A DNA stretch of 64,000 nt from an uncultured Candidatus Poseidoniales archaeon (GTDB taxonomy: Archaea; Thermoplasmatota; Poseidoniia; Poseidoniales; Thalassarchaeaceae), in contig CAZPCY010000004.1 of assembly GCA_964585295.1 (NCBI GenBank), forward strand, positions 1,674 through 65,673. Direction: 5' to 3'. Positions 9,803 to 21,400 of the stretch are shown piece after piece. How positions within the stretch are numbered: position 1 is the stretch's first letter; every line of letters starts with the position of its first letter. The notes below the pieces were generated by a model. The model was not told where the DNA came from, ran no database searches, and worked only from the letters and a program-made list of their open reading frames with translations. Position numbers and translations under genes: made by a program.

Positions 9803-11332
9803 GTGCGTCAGATGGTTGTGAAGCGAGGCGGAGGATTACTTGCCGATGGGTTGTCTATGAGAGTCAGGAGATTGCTTCTCACTGCTCTTGCACTGATTAT
9901 ATCGATTCCATCAGTCCGAGCAGATAACCATGATGGAAGTTCATCGAGTGGCGCGCTCGTCCTTATCGGGATATTCGCTTTCGTTCTGCTGATCGTTGCG
10001 ACGATTATCTTCCTCGCGCAGCGCTACCGGCGCTGTCCACCGGACAAGATTCTGGTCGTCTACGGCCGCACGAAGGGCGCTCAGGCATCGAAGTGCATCC
10101 ACGGTGGTGGTGTACTCGTTTGGCCATTGATTCAGGACTACGCATATATCGATTTGAAGCCGATGACAATCAACATCAACCTGACCAACGCCCTTTCGAA
10201 GCAGAACATCAGGATCAATGTCCCATCAACCTTCACCATCGGAGTCAGCGTTGAGTCGAATATCATGACGAACGCGGCCGAGCGGTTGCTCGGCCTGACT
10301 CCTCAACACATCGAAGACATGGCCTCGGAGATTATCTTCGGTCAGCTTCGTCTGACCGTCGCCTCGCTCGACATCGAGCAGATCAATCAGGACCGCGAAT
10401 CATTCGCCGAGCACATCAGGACCAATGTCGACACGGAACTGAGGAAGGTCGGTCTGCACCTGATCAATGTCAACATCACCGACATCGACGACTCTGACAA
10501 CTACATCGAGAACATCGGCAAGAGGGCGATTTACCAGTCCGAGGTCGAGGAGCGGAAGGCGAACCAAGTCACCGAGATTCAGAAGGCTGACGCTGAGATG
10601 GATAGAGACACCAAAGTCGCAGCCGCGCAGGCAGAGAAGGAGAAGGGTGTGAAGGACGCCGAGCGAGACCAGCGTGTTTACATCGCTCAGCAGGAAGCAA
10701 TCTCGGTTCGAGGTGAGAACGAAGCGCGTGCCGACATCGCAGGTTCAAATGCCGACCTAGCGGAGCAGGAGGCAATCGCCCACGAGAGATCCGAAGTTGC
10801 TAGAAGGGCGGCCGAAGCGAAGATTCAGGAAGCGCAGTACGACGCCGAGGAGAAGAGGCTTCGAGCAGACGAGATTGTCAAGGAGCAGATCACCAAGGAG
10901 CAAATTCAGATTGCGGCCGATGCAGAGGCAGAGAGGCAACGCCGCATAGCTAGAGGTGAGGCCGATGCGATTCTCGCTCGCTACGAGGCGGAGGCCACGG
11001 GTCTTCGACAGGTTCTGGAGGCCAAGGCGCAAGGATACCAGCAACTGGTCCAAGCCGCTGCCGGCGATCCGAGAGCCGCTTCGACTCTCCTAATGGTTGA
11101 GAAGATCGAGACCATGGTTCAGGCTCAGGTCGAGGCGATCAAGAACCTGCAGATCGACAAGATAACCGTATGGGACAGTGGCGGCGAGGGAGATGGTTCG
11201 TCCACCTCAAACTTCGTCTCAAGTCTGGTGAAGAGCCTGCCTCCGATGCACGATGTGGCCTCGATGGCGGGAGTCGAGCTGCCCGATTACCTAGGCAGCA
11301 TGACTGAATCCTCTGGATCGGAAGCGCAGTGA
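9803..11332 (+). CDS. Flotillin-family SPFH domain protein
   Basis: TM followed by RYRRCPPDKILVVYG, GGGVLVWPLIQ, SPFH domain and long AEA-rich coiled coil, C-terminal IDKITVWD. Start uncertain (9803/9812/9857). Confidence 0.9.
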   Translation: MRQMVVKRGGGLLADGLSMRVRRLLLTALALIISIPSVRADNHDGSSSSGALVLIGIFAFVLLIVATIIFLAQRYRRCPPDKILVVYGRTKGAQASKCIHGGGVLVWPLIQDYAYIDLKPMTININLTNALSKQNIRINVPSTFTIGVSVESNIMTNAAERLLGLTPQHIEDMASEIIFGQLRLTVASLDIEQINQDRESFAEHIRTNVDTELRKVGLHLINVNITDIDDSDNYIENIGKRAIYQSEVEERKANQVTEIQKADAEMDRDTKVAAAQAEKEKGVKDAERDQRVYIAQQEAISVRGENEARADIAGSNADLAEQEAIAHERSEVARRAAEAKIQEAQYDAEEKRLRADEIVKEQITKEQIQIAADAEAERQRRIARGEADAILARYEAEATGLRQVLEAKAQGYQQLVQAAAGDPRAASTLLMVEKIETMVQAQVEAIKNLQIDKITVWDSGGEGDGSSTSNFVSSLVKSLPPMHDVASMAGVELPDYLGSMTESSGSEAQ

Positions 11333-11380
11333 AAGAAACGCTGCGATTGACTGAATAACTCCTGGCTGGAACGGTCGTCC

Positions 11381-12628
11381 ATGAGTGGTGGGACAGAGGT
11401 CGTCCTGTGCGGCGGCCGGCGCACCCCATTCTGCGAATGGTCGGGTGGAAAGCGGGGCGATGGGGGGCCGGGTGGCCGATTAGCCGAGGTCTCAGCGGAG
11501 GACCTAGGAGCCACCGCGATTGCGGGTGCTCTCCATGCCACAGGGACCGATCCGTCGACTGTCGATCATGTCGTGATGGGACTCGCTTTGCAGACCAGCG
11601 GTCAAGCGATATTCGGAGCGAGACACGCCGGTCTCAAGGCGGGGATCCCGCAGGAGGTGCCGATGCTCACCCTCTCCCGCATTTGCGGGAGTGGCGCTCA
11701 ATCGATAGTCACCGGATCTCAGATGATTATGCTAGGCGAAGCCGACATCGTCGTCGCTGGCGGCATGGAGAATCTGTCACAGGCGCCGCACGTACTTCGA
11801 GGCATGCGTGGAGAGTATCGGTTGGGTGCTCCGCCTAAGGAAGGAGAGGTTCTCGCCAAGGACATGGAAGACTACCTCTTTACCAATCTCGTCGATGGGA
11901 TGTGTGGATCCTTCATGGCCCAGACCTCAGATGAGCTCTGTCGTAGATTGGGGGTTACTAGGGAGGAAGCAGACGCCTTCGCTGCAAGAAGTCACCAAAG
12001 ATGCGCTGATAGCATCGCATCCGGACGATGGGCGGATGAGATCGTCAATGTCGAGACGCCATCGGGGATGGTCACTGCCGAGCATGATGACCATGTGGTT
12101 CCGGGCACCACCAAGGATTCTCTGGCCAATCTAAGGACTCACTTCGGACCCGATTCCCTCGTAACAGCAGGTAATGCCTCCGGAGTAGTAGATGGCGCCG
12201 CGGCGGTGGTTCTGAAGTCCGAAGCGAAGGCTCAGATGGATGGAGATTCACCCCTCGCACGCATCCGGTCGTGGGGTGTAGTAGGGCTGGAACCAGCAAT
12301 CATGGCCCATGGACCAGTCCCCAGCAGCCGTCTGGCCTTGGAGCGCGCAGGCCTAACAGTTGATGACATTGATCTCTGGGAGATTAACGAAGCATTCGCG
12401 GGTCAGGCGGTCGCCTGCGTCAAGGATCTAGGGGTCGATATCGACCGAGTCAATGTGAACGGCGGTGCGGTAGGTCTCGGGCATCCCCTAGCAGCGACCG
12501 GGACTCGTCTCGTCTTGACTCTCGCCAACGAACTGACCTCCTCCGGTGGTCGGCTTGGTATCGCCACCGCCTGTATCGGCGGCGGTCAAGGCATAGCGAT
12601 TGTGATCGAATCCCTAGCGGAGGCGTGA
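11381..12628 (+). CDS. Acetyl-CoA C-acyltransferase (thiolase)
   Basis: Catalytic motifs RICGSG, NEAF, GHP and CIGGGQG intact. Confidence 0.95.
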   Translation: MSGGTEVVLCGGRRTPFCEWSGGKRGDGGPGGRLAEVSAEDLGATAIAGALHATGTDPSTVDHVVMGLALQTSGQAIFGARHAGLKAGIPQEVPMLTLSRICGSGAQSIVTGSQMIMLGEADIVVAGGMENLSQAPHVLRGMRGEYRLGAPPKEGEVLAKDMEDYLFTNLVDGMCGSFMAQTSDELCRRLGVTREEADAFAARSHQRCADSIASGRWADEIVNVETPSGMVTAEHDDHVVPGTTKDSLANLRTHFGPDSLVTAGNASGVVDGAAAVVLKSEAKAQMDGDSPLARIRSWGVVGLEPAIMAHGPVPSSRLALERAGLTVDDIDLWEINEAFAGQAVACVKDLGVDIDRVNVNGGAVGLGHPLAATGTRLVLTLANELTSSGGRLGIATACIGGGQGIAIVIESLAEA

Positions 12629-12631
12629 TAG

Positions 12632-13453
12632 TTGTCATTCGGCATCTTCCTGGTCCTGCTACTTCTGCTTCTAATCATCGTGTTGTTCAGCCCATTGGGG
12701 CTCGGTGGAGGACTGCTCTTCATGCCGGTCCTGCACTACCTCGGAGGATTTCCTCTCGAAACTTCGATTCTCGGTTCACTATGTTTGGTCTTCTGCGTCG
12801 CCTCTGGCAGCGGCTTCGCTCATCGCAGGCAGTGCTTGACGGATGGCTCATTGGTGCGGCGTGCCGTCCTGACGGCCATTCCATGTGGGATTCTCGGTGC
12901 TCTGACATCGATCTGGCTAGTCGAGACGTCAAATGGAGGGGTGTTGAAGGCATTCGCGTTCTGCCTGACCTTCTGGGTCCTAGTGACAACCATAAGTCGA
13001 GAGCGAGGGTCTGAATCCTCAGGATACATTGGATTGGAGAGCCTGCAACATCCCAAGGCCTACTCCTGCGGTGTTGGGCTCGGTGGCTTCTCCTCAGGTC
13101 TGATGGGGGTCGGCGGCGGAGCGATCTATGTAACGATGAATCGTAGAATCGCCGGATTGGGCGTACGGGAATCGGCTGGCACATCGTTCCTGACTGCCAT
13201 TTGGGTTCAGCCGATAGCTTTCTCCACCCACATTCTCGCTGGTGACTGGAGCGGTCCCTCCTCCGAACCAATCCTCATCGCATCGATCGCAATGTTCCTG
13301 ATGGCATCTTTCACCGTCGCCTACATCGGTGCCCGCTTCTCGTTTCGCCATCTACCTGTGAAGGCGATTACCTCAATCTTCATCTTCATTCTGTCCGTCA
13401 GCCTGCTACGCTATGCTGCGGACTTTGTCAGTGTGACTTCCAGCCTGATATGA
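12632..13453 (+). CDS. TauE/SafE-family sulfite exporter
   Basis: Duplicated GLGGG / GVGGG motifs; about 8 TM segments. Confidence 0.85.
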   Translation: MSFGIFLVLLLLLLIIVLFSPLGLGGGLLFMPVLHYLGGFPLETSILGSLCLVFCVASGSGFAHRRQCLTDGSLVRRAVLTAIPCGILGALTSIWLVETSNGGVLKAFAFCLTFWVLVTTISRERGSESSGYIGLESLQHPKAYSCGVGLGGFSSGLMGVGGGAIYVTMNRRIAGLGVRESAGTSFLTAIWVQPIAFSTHILAGDWSGPSSEPILIASIAMFLMASFTVAYIGARFSFRHLPVKAITSIFIFILSVSLLRYAADFVSVTSSLI

Positions 13454-13564
13454 TCCGCCATTGATTAGCCGGTCCTTTGGTATGCCCGCCTCATGATTGT
13501 CGGACCAACGCTCCGATTCAGAACCGTTCATAGATTCACGGACATCCTAGCAATTCGTGCTTAG

Positions 13565-14722
13565 TCATCCGAGAATCCCAGTGACTATCCAAGAGCCGGC
13601 GATGATGGCTCCAGCAGATGATCCAAGATTCCCTGCAACCGTGACCAGCAAGACTCGACCGACCCGATTCGACCAGAACAGACCAATCCGGTCTAACATC
13701 AGAAAATCGGTTAGATCCCTCCCCGTGGGGGCATCGAAGCGCAATTGAGCCGCTCCCGCGAACCAGCCAGCCGCCAAGGTAGGATTCAATGACGTGATCG
13801 GAGATGCCACCGCAGCGGTCAGCACCGATAGCGGGTGGCCACGGACGAGAAGAACCGCCAATGCGGCGAGGACGGAGTTGAGAAGGAGCCAATCGATCGC
13901 TGTCGATCTGAGTGACCCCCATTCTCCTCTGTATGCTAGCAGTGCCACAACTGCAATCATCGCGGCTGGTATCGCCCACGGCGCCAATCTGCGGGTCATG
14001 GTCGGCTGCGGGAGTTGTAAGAGTTCACTGGCGCGATTGTCACTCATTTGGTCGCCGCTCCGCAATCTCGATGCGACACCCTCCAGATGGCCGGCTCCAA
14101 CGACCGCCAGCACCCTCCCTTCCCCTCGCAGTTCGGCAATTCTGCCAGCGATGTGCTCGTCTCTTTCGTCGATTAGCACCGAACCGGCTCCTGGAGCGAG
14201 ATCGCGCAACTCGTCCAACATTTGAGAGAGCAGGTCGCGATCCTCGACGAGCAGGTCGACATCGACTTCCTCATCCTCCTCCGGAGCGAGAAGAGACATC
14301 AGCACCCTGATGCGCTCTCGAATTCTCATCTTCGACCAAGCTCTTCGAAGGGTTACCTGAATGTCTCGATCGACCAGTTCTACCTCGGCATCGATGCGCT
14401 CAGCGGCTTCGATTGCTGCGAGGAGCTCCACTCCAGGCTTCTCGCCAGATTCCAGTCCAAGTCGTCGTTGCTCGGTCGCAAGGAACGACTGGAACAGTAG
14501 GAGCGGGGCTCTACCCGATCGTATCACAGATCCTAGGGTCTCGTTGTCGAATCGCTCTGGCTCACGCAGGGAGGCTAGTCTCGAAGGACATAACTCGACA
14601 GCAACCACTCCCGGCTGCCATTCCTCGATAGTGGATGCTACTAGGTCGGCTGAGGACCTAGAGATGTGTGCGGTACCAATCAAACGCAGCGAATCATCGA
14701 TCTCGATTACAGCGTCACTCAA
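13565..14722 (-). CDS. TraB/GumN family protein
   Basis: LIGTAHIS, VAVELC, LIDERD, VVGAGH motifs plus C-terminal TMs; 4-nt overlap with folP. Confidence 0.9.
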   Translation of the reverse strand: MSDAVIEIDDSLRLIGTAHISRSSADLVASTIEEWQPGVVAVELCPSRLASLREPERFDNETLGSVIRSGRAPLLLFQSFLATEQRRLGLESGEKPGVELLAAIEAAERIDAEVELVDRDIQVTLRRAWSKMRIRERIRVLMSLLAPEEDEEVDVDLLVEDRDLLSQMLDELRDLAPGAGSVLIDERDEHIAGRIAELRGEGRVLAVVGAGHLEGVASRLRSGDQMSDNRASELLQLPQPTMTRRLAPWAIPAAMIAVVALLAYRGEWGSLRSTAIDWLLLNSVLAALAVLLVRGHPLSVLTAAVASPITSLNPTLAAGWFAGAAQLRFDAPTGRDLTDFLMLDRIGLFWSNRVGRVLLVTVAGNLGSSAGAIIAGSWIVTGILG

Positions 14723-15567
14723 CGCCCCCCCTCCAATCTAGCGAGCACCGTTCCCATATCGGCGTGGGCAGCCACATCGTGCACCCTCAGGATGTCGACA
14801 CCCAAGGCCTGAGCTTCAGCTGCCACCCCGAGCGTACCTGAAAGTCGGCCATCACTCGCCTTATGTCCCAGAAGATCCCTGAACATTGATTTCCGGCTGA
14901 CTCCCCAGAGTACCGCGAATCCCTCGTCTCCTGCCAATCTAGACCTTGCATCTGGTGTGAGCAGTTTCAGGTTGTGCTCCAAGGTCTTGCCGAATCCGAT
15001 GCCTGGATCGAGACATATCGAATCTTTCGGATGTCCTTGATCGACGAGTGATCTCGCCATTTCCAGAAGTTGGAAGGACACCTCCTCGATGACATCGGCG
15101 TATTCTGGAGACTGCTGCATCTTAGCCGGCTCACCTTGCATATGCATGATGCAGACTCCGCATCCTTGCTCAAGGACGAGATCGCGCATCGCGGGATCCC
15201 TCAACCCTGACACATCGTTGACAAGGTCCGCTCCAGCTTCTAGAGCAGCTTCGGCGACCACGGCTCTTCGGGTGTCGATTGATATCGCCGCATCCGGGTT
15301 GAGGTTACGGATTCCAGAGATGACCGGGACGACCCGTTGCAGTTCCTCTTCTGGATCGACCGGCGAAGCTCCTGGTCTAGTGGATTCACCTCCGACATCG
15401 ATCCAGTCGGCCCCCTCATCAAGCATCTCTCCAGCGCGCTCGATTGCGGCTTGAACTTGGGTGTATCTTGAGCTGGGATGGAATGAGTCCGGGGTGACGT
15501 TCAGAACTCCCATCAGGCGCGGTCTTCCATCGGTGTGGCGATGGAGATAGAGTCGTGACTCGCGCAT
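14719..15567 (-). CDS. folP: Dihydropteroate synthase
   Basis: MGVLNVTPDSF, IDVGGESTRPG, DPGIGFGK, SRKS, LRVHDV. Confidence 0.95.
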   Translation of the reverse strand: MRESRLYLHRHTDGRPRLMGVLNVTPDSFHPSSRYTQVQAAIERAGEMLDEGADWIDVGGESTRPGASPVDPEEELQRVVPVISGIRNLNPDAAISIDTRRAVVAEAALEAGADLVNDVSGLRDPAMRDLVLEQGCGVCIMHMQGEPAKMQQSPEYADVIEEVSFQLLEMARSLVDQGHPKDSICLDPGIGFGKTLEHNLKLLTPDARSRLAGDEGFAVLWGVSRKSMFRDLLGHKASDGRLSGTLGVAAEAQALGVDILRVHDVAAHADMGTVLARLEGGR

Positions 15568-15590
15568 GTTGAGGTGCGGACGCTACGATT

Positions 15591-15600
15591 GCTTTATGAT
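15591..15600. promoter_or_regulatory. Putative bidirectional TATA-like element between divergent genes
   Basis: TTTATG lies about 25 nt from both start codons (15567 minus, 15624 plus) in a 56-bp gap. Confidence 0.45.
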
Positions 15601-15623
15601 GTGACCGAGAACCGTTCCGGCGG

Positions 15624-16289
15624 ATGAGCGAAGCGGCCGGAGGAACCTCTCATACGGCCTCCAGCGCAACTCCGGATGGTGATGGGGTGGCACGGCTGAG
15701 CGTCTCGGACGAGGCAGCGGCACTGCCATCCGAGGATCTCTTGGTGCTAGCCGACTCGATCATCCAGAGGCTTGAGCCCTCCGATCGACACGATATGCAA
15801 CAGATGACCGTCCGTTTCGGTCTAGCTTCTGGAATCTTGATGATGGTAGTCGCTCTCTTCTGGTGGCTGGCCGTGAAGACAGTAGGCGACGCTTGGGGGG
15901 ATGTCAGCACCCCCGCCTCCGTCGTTCTTGATCTGACCTTCGCTCAGGTATCCTGGATAGTCCCGCTACTCGTCTTCCTCGCTACAGTAGTGTACTCCTT
16001 AGCTCGAGAGAGGGGCGGTCCAGTGATGGCATTTCTAGGAGGGCTGCTCTATGTCCTAGCGGTTTATCTGGCGGTCGAACCGATTGGATTCATGATGTTC
16101 GATCCATCGACGGGAACCACACTCTCGACCGCCTTCCTCCAGACCATTCGACTGGCAGCTCTTGGAGTGATGGTCCATTACAGCGCCCGGTTCTTCCTCG
16201 ATGCGGTACTGCTGGCTTGGGTTCGGAACCTCTTGACGAACTTCCCCGTAGACCTCCATCCTCCAGAGGAGTCTGAATCAACCCCTTGA
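15624..16289 (+). CDS. Hypothetical membrane protein
   Basis: 221 aa, about 4 TM segments. Confidence 0.6.
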   Translation: MSEAAGGTSHTASSATPDGDGVARLSVSDEAAALPSEDLLVLADSIIQRLEPSDRHDMQQMTVRFGLASGILMMVVALFWWLAVKTVGDAWGDVSTPASVVLDLTFAQVSWIVPLLVFLATVVYSLARERGGPVMAFLGGLLYVLAVYLAVEPIGFMMFDPSTGTTLSTAFLQTIRLAALGVMVHYSARFFLDAVLLAWVRNLLTNFPVDLHPPEESESTP

Positions 16290-16352
16290 TGGCGAACCAT
16301 CTACTTCGCGAAGGTTCGGACATCCTGAAGAGGTGAACCACGTCGCCGAAGC

Positions 16353-16928
16353 GTGTCCGAAGGTCCGGCCCGTTCTGTTCCTGTGACTGTGCTGAGGCTT
16401 GAGCATCGCAGGGACCGAGACAAGCGGATTACAAGCCATCTCGGCCTCGTCGCAAGAGCATTCGGCGCTGATCGCTTCCTGCTCGCCGGGGACGTCGACG
16501 ACGGAGTCATTTCCACTCTCGATGAGGTCACGAGCAGATTCGGGGGGCCGTTCGAAGCGAGGTTCGAAGAGAGCCCGAACGGTTGGCTCAGGAGATTCTG
16601 CGAGCGAGACGCAGGTGATGGGTCTCCCGGCGTAGCCATCCATTTGACCATGTATGGTGAACCTCACACAGAAGCGATACCGACGATTAGAAGAGACCGT
16701 CCCATAGCATTGGTGGTCGGAGGGGCGAAGGTTCCTGGCAAGGTGTATGGGATCTGTCAGCACAATGTATCGATTGGTACTCAGCCGCACTCGGAAGTCG
16801 CTGCTTTGGCGCTGTTCCTCGACACGTGGTTTGGTTCGGTCGCCATCGATTCCCGCTTCGCGAACGGGAGCATTCGCGTCGTCCCCAGTCGGTCTGGCAA
16901 GATAGTCGAATCACGCGAAGACCCATGA
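16353..16928 (+). CDS. trm56: tRNA (cytidine56-2'-O)-methyltransferase aTrm56
   Basis: VLRLEHRRDRDKRITSHLGLVARAFGA, HLTMYG, VVGGAKVP, NVSIGTQPHSEVAALA. Confidence 0.93.
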   Translation: MSEGPARSVPVTVLRLEHRRDRDKRITSHLGLVARAFGADRFLLAGDVDDGVISTLDEVTSRFGGPFEARFEESPNGWLRRFCERDAGDGSPGVAIHLTMYGEPHTEAIPTIRRDRPIALVVGGAKVPGKVYGICQHNVSIGTQPHSEVAALALFLDTWFGSVAIDSRFANGSIRVVPSRSGKIVESREDP

Positions 16929-17035
16929 ATCGACTTCATCCAATCCATTACGCTACGATAGGTCGTCGGCGCACGGCTCCGTAGGAGCCGGAACCTTCGC
17001 CAACGATTAAGGACGAATCATCGGCACGATGCGCG

Positions 17036-18424
17036 ATGTCGGAGGAAGGAGCGCCCATGGGCTTCGTTCCCGCCGCAGGTCAGCGGGGTGTCGAGGATCC
17101 CTATAGGGGCCGCGATGCTGCCGATGTCCTCGTTGGAGGGTCCGATGATTGGTCAGCGTCTGCCAAGGGTCGAGGAGTGCTGCTGCTCGCCGACGGTGGT
17201 CGTTACGAGGGAGAGTTGTTCGGAGCCGCTGTCGAGGCCGAGGGGGAACTCGTTTTCACCACCGGAATGACGGGGTTCCAGGAGAGTTTGACCGATCCTT
17301 CCTTCGCCGGGCAGGTACTCACTTTCACCTGGCCCCTTCTGGGCAACTACGGAGTTCTTCCTGGTTGCTCCGAATCCGCAGGGGTTTGGCCTCGCGCTGT
17401 CATCTGCCGAGAGGCGATGTCGATTCCAGACCACCGCGACGCCGTAGGGTCACTCGACGACCTGCTCAGGGCACATGGCGTTCCGGGATTGCAGGCAGTC
17501 GACACTCGATCCATCACTCGCCGTGTCCGAGAGCACGGTACTCTGTTGTGCGTCGTTGGACCGATAGAGAAGGAGGGCGAGTTGAGGGAGAGATTGGGAT
17601 CAATGCGCCCCCCGGATGATTCTGACCTAGTCGCAGAGGTGACCCGGGAGGGCATCGTCACTGTGAACCGAGGGGCGATAGGGGATGACGGCGAACCGCT
17701 ACCTAGGCTCGCCGTGCTCGATTGTGGAATCAAATTCAACATCCTCAGGGAACTCTGCAGGCGATTCGAAGTGACCTGGTGTCCGGCGACCTCCACCTTT
17801 GAGGAGATCGCGATTGCCTGTGATCCAGAGGCTTTCTTCTGTTCAAATGGCCCCGGTGATCCAGCTCATCCCGGAGCTGCGAGCACTGCCCGTGCGACCT
17901 TGGCCACCGCGGTTAGTTCGGGTATGCCGACGATGGGGATATGTCTAGGGCACCAATTGATGGGGCTCGCATCCGGCCTTCGAACCTACAAGCTGCTCTA
18001 TGGACACCGGGGCGCCAACCAGCCGGTGGTAGATCTTCTGACCGGGAAGGTAAGCATAACCTCCCAGAACCACGGATTCGCGGTCGAGGATCCAAGTCTG
18101 GGCATGCTCGCTCCGCACCCCACCGGTGCTTGCTCCAACGCCGTTGAGAACTCCTTGGGAGCTCAGGTCCAAGTCAGGTTCGTAAACGCTAACGACAGAA
18201 CTGTCGAGGGGCTCGATGTCGTAGGTCGGCCATCTTTCACGGTTCAGTTCCATCCGGAGGCATGCCCTGGTCCACACGACGCGAACCCACTATTCGACAG
18301 ATTCTCAGAGATGGTGGCCGACACTTTGGGTCGCTCCAAGCCATCCGCGATGGAGCCGGTAGCGACTCCCGAATCAATCTCTGAAATGCCGATGGCAGGA
18401 CACGGTTTCGGAGGTGGTAGGTGA
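17036..18424 (+). CDS. carA: Carbamoyl-phosphate synthase small subunit
   Basis: GELVFTTGMTG.QE.LTDPS, SNGPGDP, GICLGHQ, SQNHGF, QFHPE. Confidence 0.95.
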   Translation: MSEEGAPMGFVPAAGQRGVEDPYRGRDAADVLVGGSDDWSASAKGRGVLLLADGGRYEGELFGAAVEAEGELVFTTGMTGFQESLTDPSFAGQVLTFTWPLLGNYGVLPGCSESAGVWPRAVICREAMSIPDHRDAVGSLDDLLRAHGVPGLQAVDTRSITRRVREHGTLLCVVGPIEKEGELRERLGSMRPPDDSDLVAEVTREGIVTVNRGAIGDDGEPLPRLAVLDCGIKFNILRELCRRFEVTWCPATSTFEEIAIACDPEAFFCSNGPGDPAHPGAASTARATLATAVSSGMPTMGICLGHQLMGLASGLRTYKLLYGHRGANQPVVDLLTGKVSITSQNHGFAVEDPSLGMLAPHPTGACSNAVENSLGAQVQVRFVNANDRTVEGLDVVGRPSFTVQFHPEACPGPHDANPLFDRFSEMVADTLGRSKPSAMEPVATPESISEMPMAGHGFGGGR

Positions 18425-21400
18425 TGCCAAGGCGCGACGACATCCAACGGGTCATGATTCTGGGCAGTGGCCCGATTAGAATTGGCCAGGCTGCGGAGTT
18501 CGACTTCTCGGGCTCGCAGGCCTGCCGCGCTCTTCGAGCCGAGGGGTACGAGGTCATTCTGGTGAACAGCAATCCGGCCACGATTCAGAACGATCCAACC
18601 ATGGCGGATCGTATCTACATCGAGCCGTTGCTCCCTGATGTGGTGCGCCGTATCTTAGAGATTGAGGCACCAGATGCGCTCTTGGCTGGGATGGGTGGCC
18701 AGACTGCACTGAACATCGCCAGCAGCCTCGCCCACGATGGCTCTTTGGCGGCCCTAGGGGTGGAGTTGATAGGTTGCGATCTGCAGGCAATCGATGACGC
18801 CGAGGACCGAGACCGATTCAAGCGAGTATGCGAGGAGATCGGCCTGCCTGTACCTAGAGCGATAGCATGTGGTTCCATCGATGAGGTTCTCGCGGCAGCC
18901 GATGAAATCGGTCAGTATCCAATCCTAGTTCGCCCCGCATTCACCTTGGGAGGATTGGGCGGTGGAACGGCATGGACGATGGGCGAATTGGTAGAGATTG
19001 CGAGCCAAGGTATCCTCCACAGCCGAATTGATCAGGTGTTGGTCGAGGAGAGCATCCTCGGTTGGCAAGAGCATGAGTACGAGGTGATGCGTGATGCTGC
19101 AGACAACGCCATCGTCGTCTGCACGATGGAGAACATCGACCCGATGGGTGTGCACACCGGTGAATCAGTCGTCGTCGCACCACAGCAGACGCTGTCCGAC
19201 AGGGACCACCAGATGCTGCGTGACGCTGCCCTAAGGCTGATTAGGAGATTGGACATCAAAGGAGGTTGCAACGTGCAGTTTGCCTTCGACCAGACGAACG
19301 GAGATTATTGCGTGATTGAGGTCAACCCAAGAGTCTCTAGATCATCCGCCCTAGCTTCGAAGGCGACCGGATACCCGATCGCTAGAATGGCCGCGCTGAT
19401 TGCGGTCGGTTACACCTTGGACGAGTTGCCTAATCCAATCACCGGTGAGGGTACTACCGCTGCTTTCGAGCCGACTCTCGATTACTGTGTAGTAAAGATT
19501 CCAAGATGGCCGTTCGACAAGTTCAGGACCGCCGATCGAAGGATCGGGACCTCGATGAAGTCGACCGGCGAGGTGATGGCTATCGGACGATGTTTCGAGG
19601 AGGCTTTCCTGAAGGCGATCGCTTCTCTCGAGGTTGGAGAGCCTCACCCGAGACCTCTGACTCTCGCTGATGAGGGTGATGGTGAGGGAAGGAGCGAGCG
19701 TGCTGCCAAACCCTTGCCTAACGAGGTTCTGGAGGAATGGCTCGCGGTTCCGACCGACCGTCGCATGGGGGCGCTCTTTGAAGCGTTCCGAAGAGGCTGG
19801 GGGGTCGAGCGAGTGCGCGAGATTAGCGGAGGAATCACCCGCTGGTTTTTGCACCGTTTCCAGCGGATGGCAGCGGTCGAATCAGAAGTTGTCGCAGCCG
19901 GTACGGGAGGTGATGCGGAGCCGATGATCCCCGCCAAGATCGATGAGGAATCGATGCGGAGGTGGAAGGGTGCGGGAATGACGGACGCCCACATTGCCGA
20001 TGCACTCGCTGGTTTCCCCGCCGAGGGATGGCGGTCATTGAGCGGCGCTTCCTCGTCTCTAGCTGTGATGGAGAGGCGTCATGTTCTGAAGGTACATCCT
20101 GTCTATAGAATGGTGGACAGTTGTGCAGCTGAGTTCGCTGCAGTCACCCCCTACTACTATTCGACCTACGAGGGTGGCGGCACGCCGTCAGGTGTTGATC
20201 GGGTGCCCCATCCTAGGAAGGTGGATGAAGAGGGGAATGAATCGCGGAGGATTGCCGTGGTGGGATCCGGCCCAATTCGAATCGGACAGGGGATAGAGTT
20301 CGACTACGGATGCGTGCATGCGGTGATGGCGATTCGTGACGCAGGATGCGAGGCGATCCTGATTAACAACAACCCTGAGACCGTATCCACAGACTTCGAT
20401 ACCAGCGACAGACTGTATTTCGATCCTCTAACTCTGGAATGCACCTGCGAGGTGCTGCTGCGCGAGGGGGCAGACGCGATTCTGCTGCAGTTCGGAGGCC
20501 AGACCGCAATCGACCTGGCCCTACCGATCGCAGAGCGCCAGAATCATCTCTCTTCGATGGGATTGGATATGGTACTTGCAGGCACTCCTCCGGAAGCGGT
20601 TGACGAGGCGAGCGATCGCGAGCGATTCGAGGCATTCGCGAAGAGGCATTCGCTCAGAATGCCGAGAGGAGCGACCGGGAGGACTCCTGATGAGGTGCGA
20701 GCGGCTGTGGAGGAGATTGGCTTCCCGGTCCTCATCCGGCCGTCGTACGTATTGGGTGGAAGGGGAATGGAGATTCTAGCCGATGAATCGCAATTGGAAG
20801 CCTACATGGCGGAGGCGTTCATCGATCCTGAGAAGCCACTGCTGGTCGATCAGTATCTCGGCAGCGCCGTCGAACTGGATGTCGATGCGGTGTCGGATGG
20901 GGAACGGGTGATCATCGGTGCGGTGATGGAGCATCTAGAGGAGGCAGGGATTCACAGCGGCGACTCGACTTGCTTCATTCCTGCGCAGCACATATCACCT
21001 GAGGTGTTGGCTGAGGTGGAGGATTGGACCGAGAGAATCGGCGTTGAATTGGGGATCAAAGGGTGCTTCAACATCCAATTCGCAATCCAGAAAGAGTTGC
21101 TGCATGTCTTGGAGGTTAATCCTAGAGGGTCGCGGACTTTCCCCTTCGTCGCCAAGGCGACCGGTATTCCGCTGGCCCGAATCGCCGCCCAAGTAGCCCT
21201 CGGAAATCCGCTTGACTCGATCGAAATTCCAACCGTGGATACCGATTTGGTCTGCGTCAAGGCCCCCGTTTTCCCCTTCCTCAAACTGCGAGGGCTCGAT
21301 CCCGCACCCGGCCCCGAGATGAAGTCGACCGGTGAGGTGATGGGTTCACACGAGGATCCGGCTGCCGCCTACCTGAAGGCGAGGATGGCAACTGAGATAC

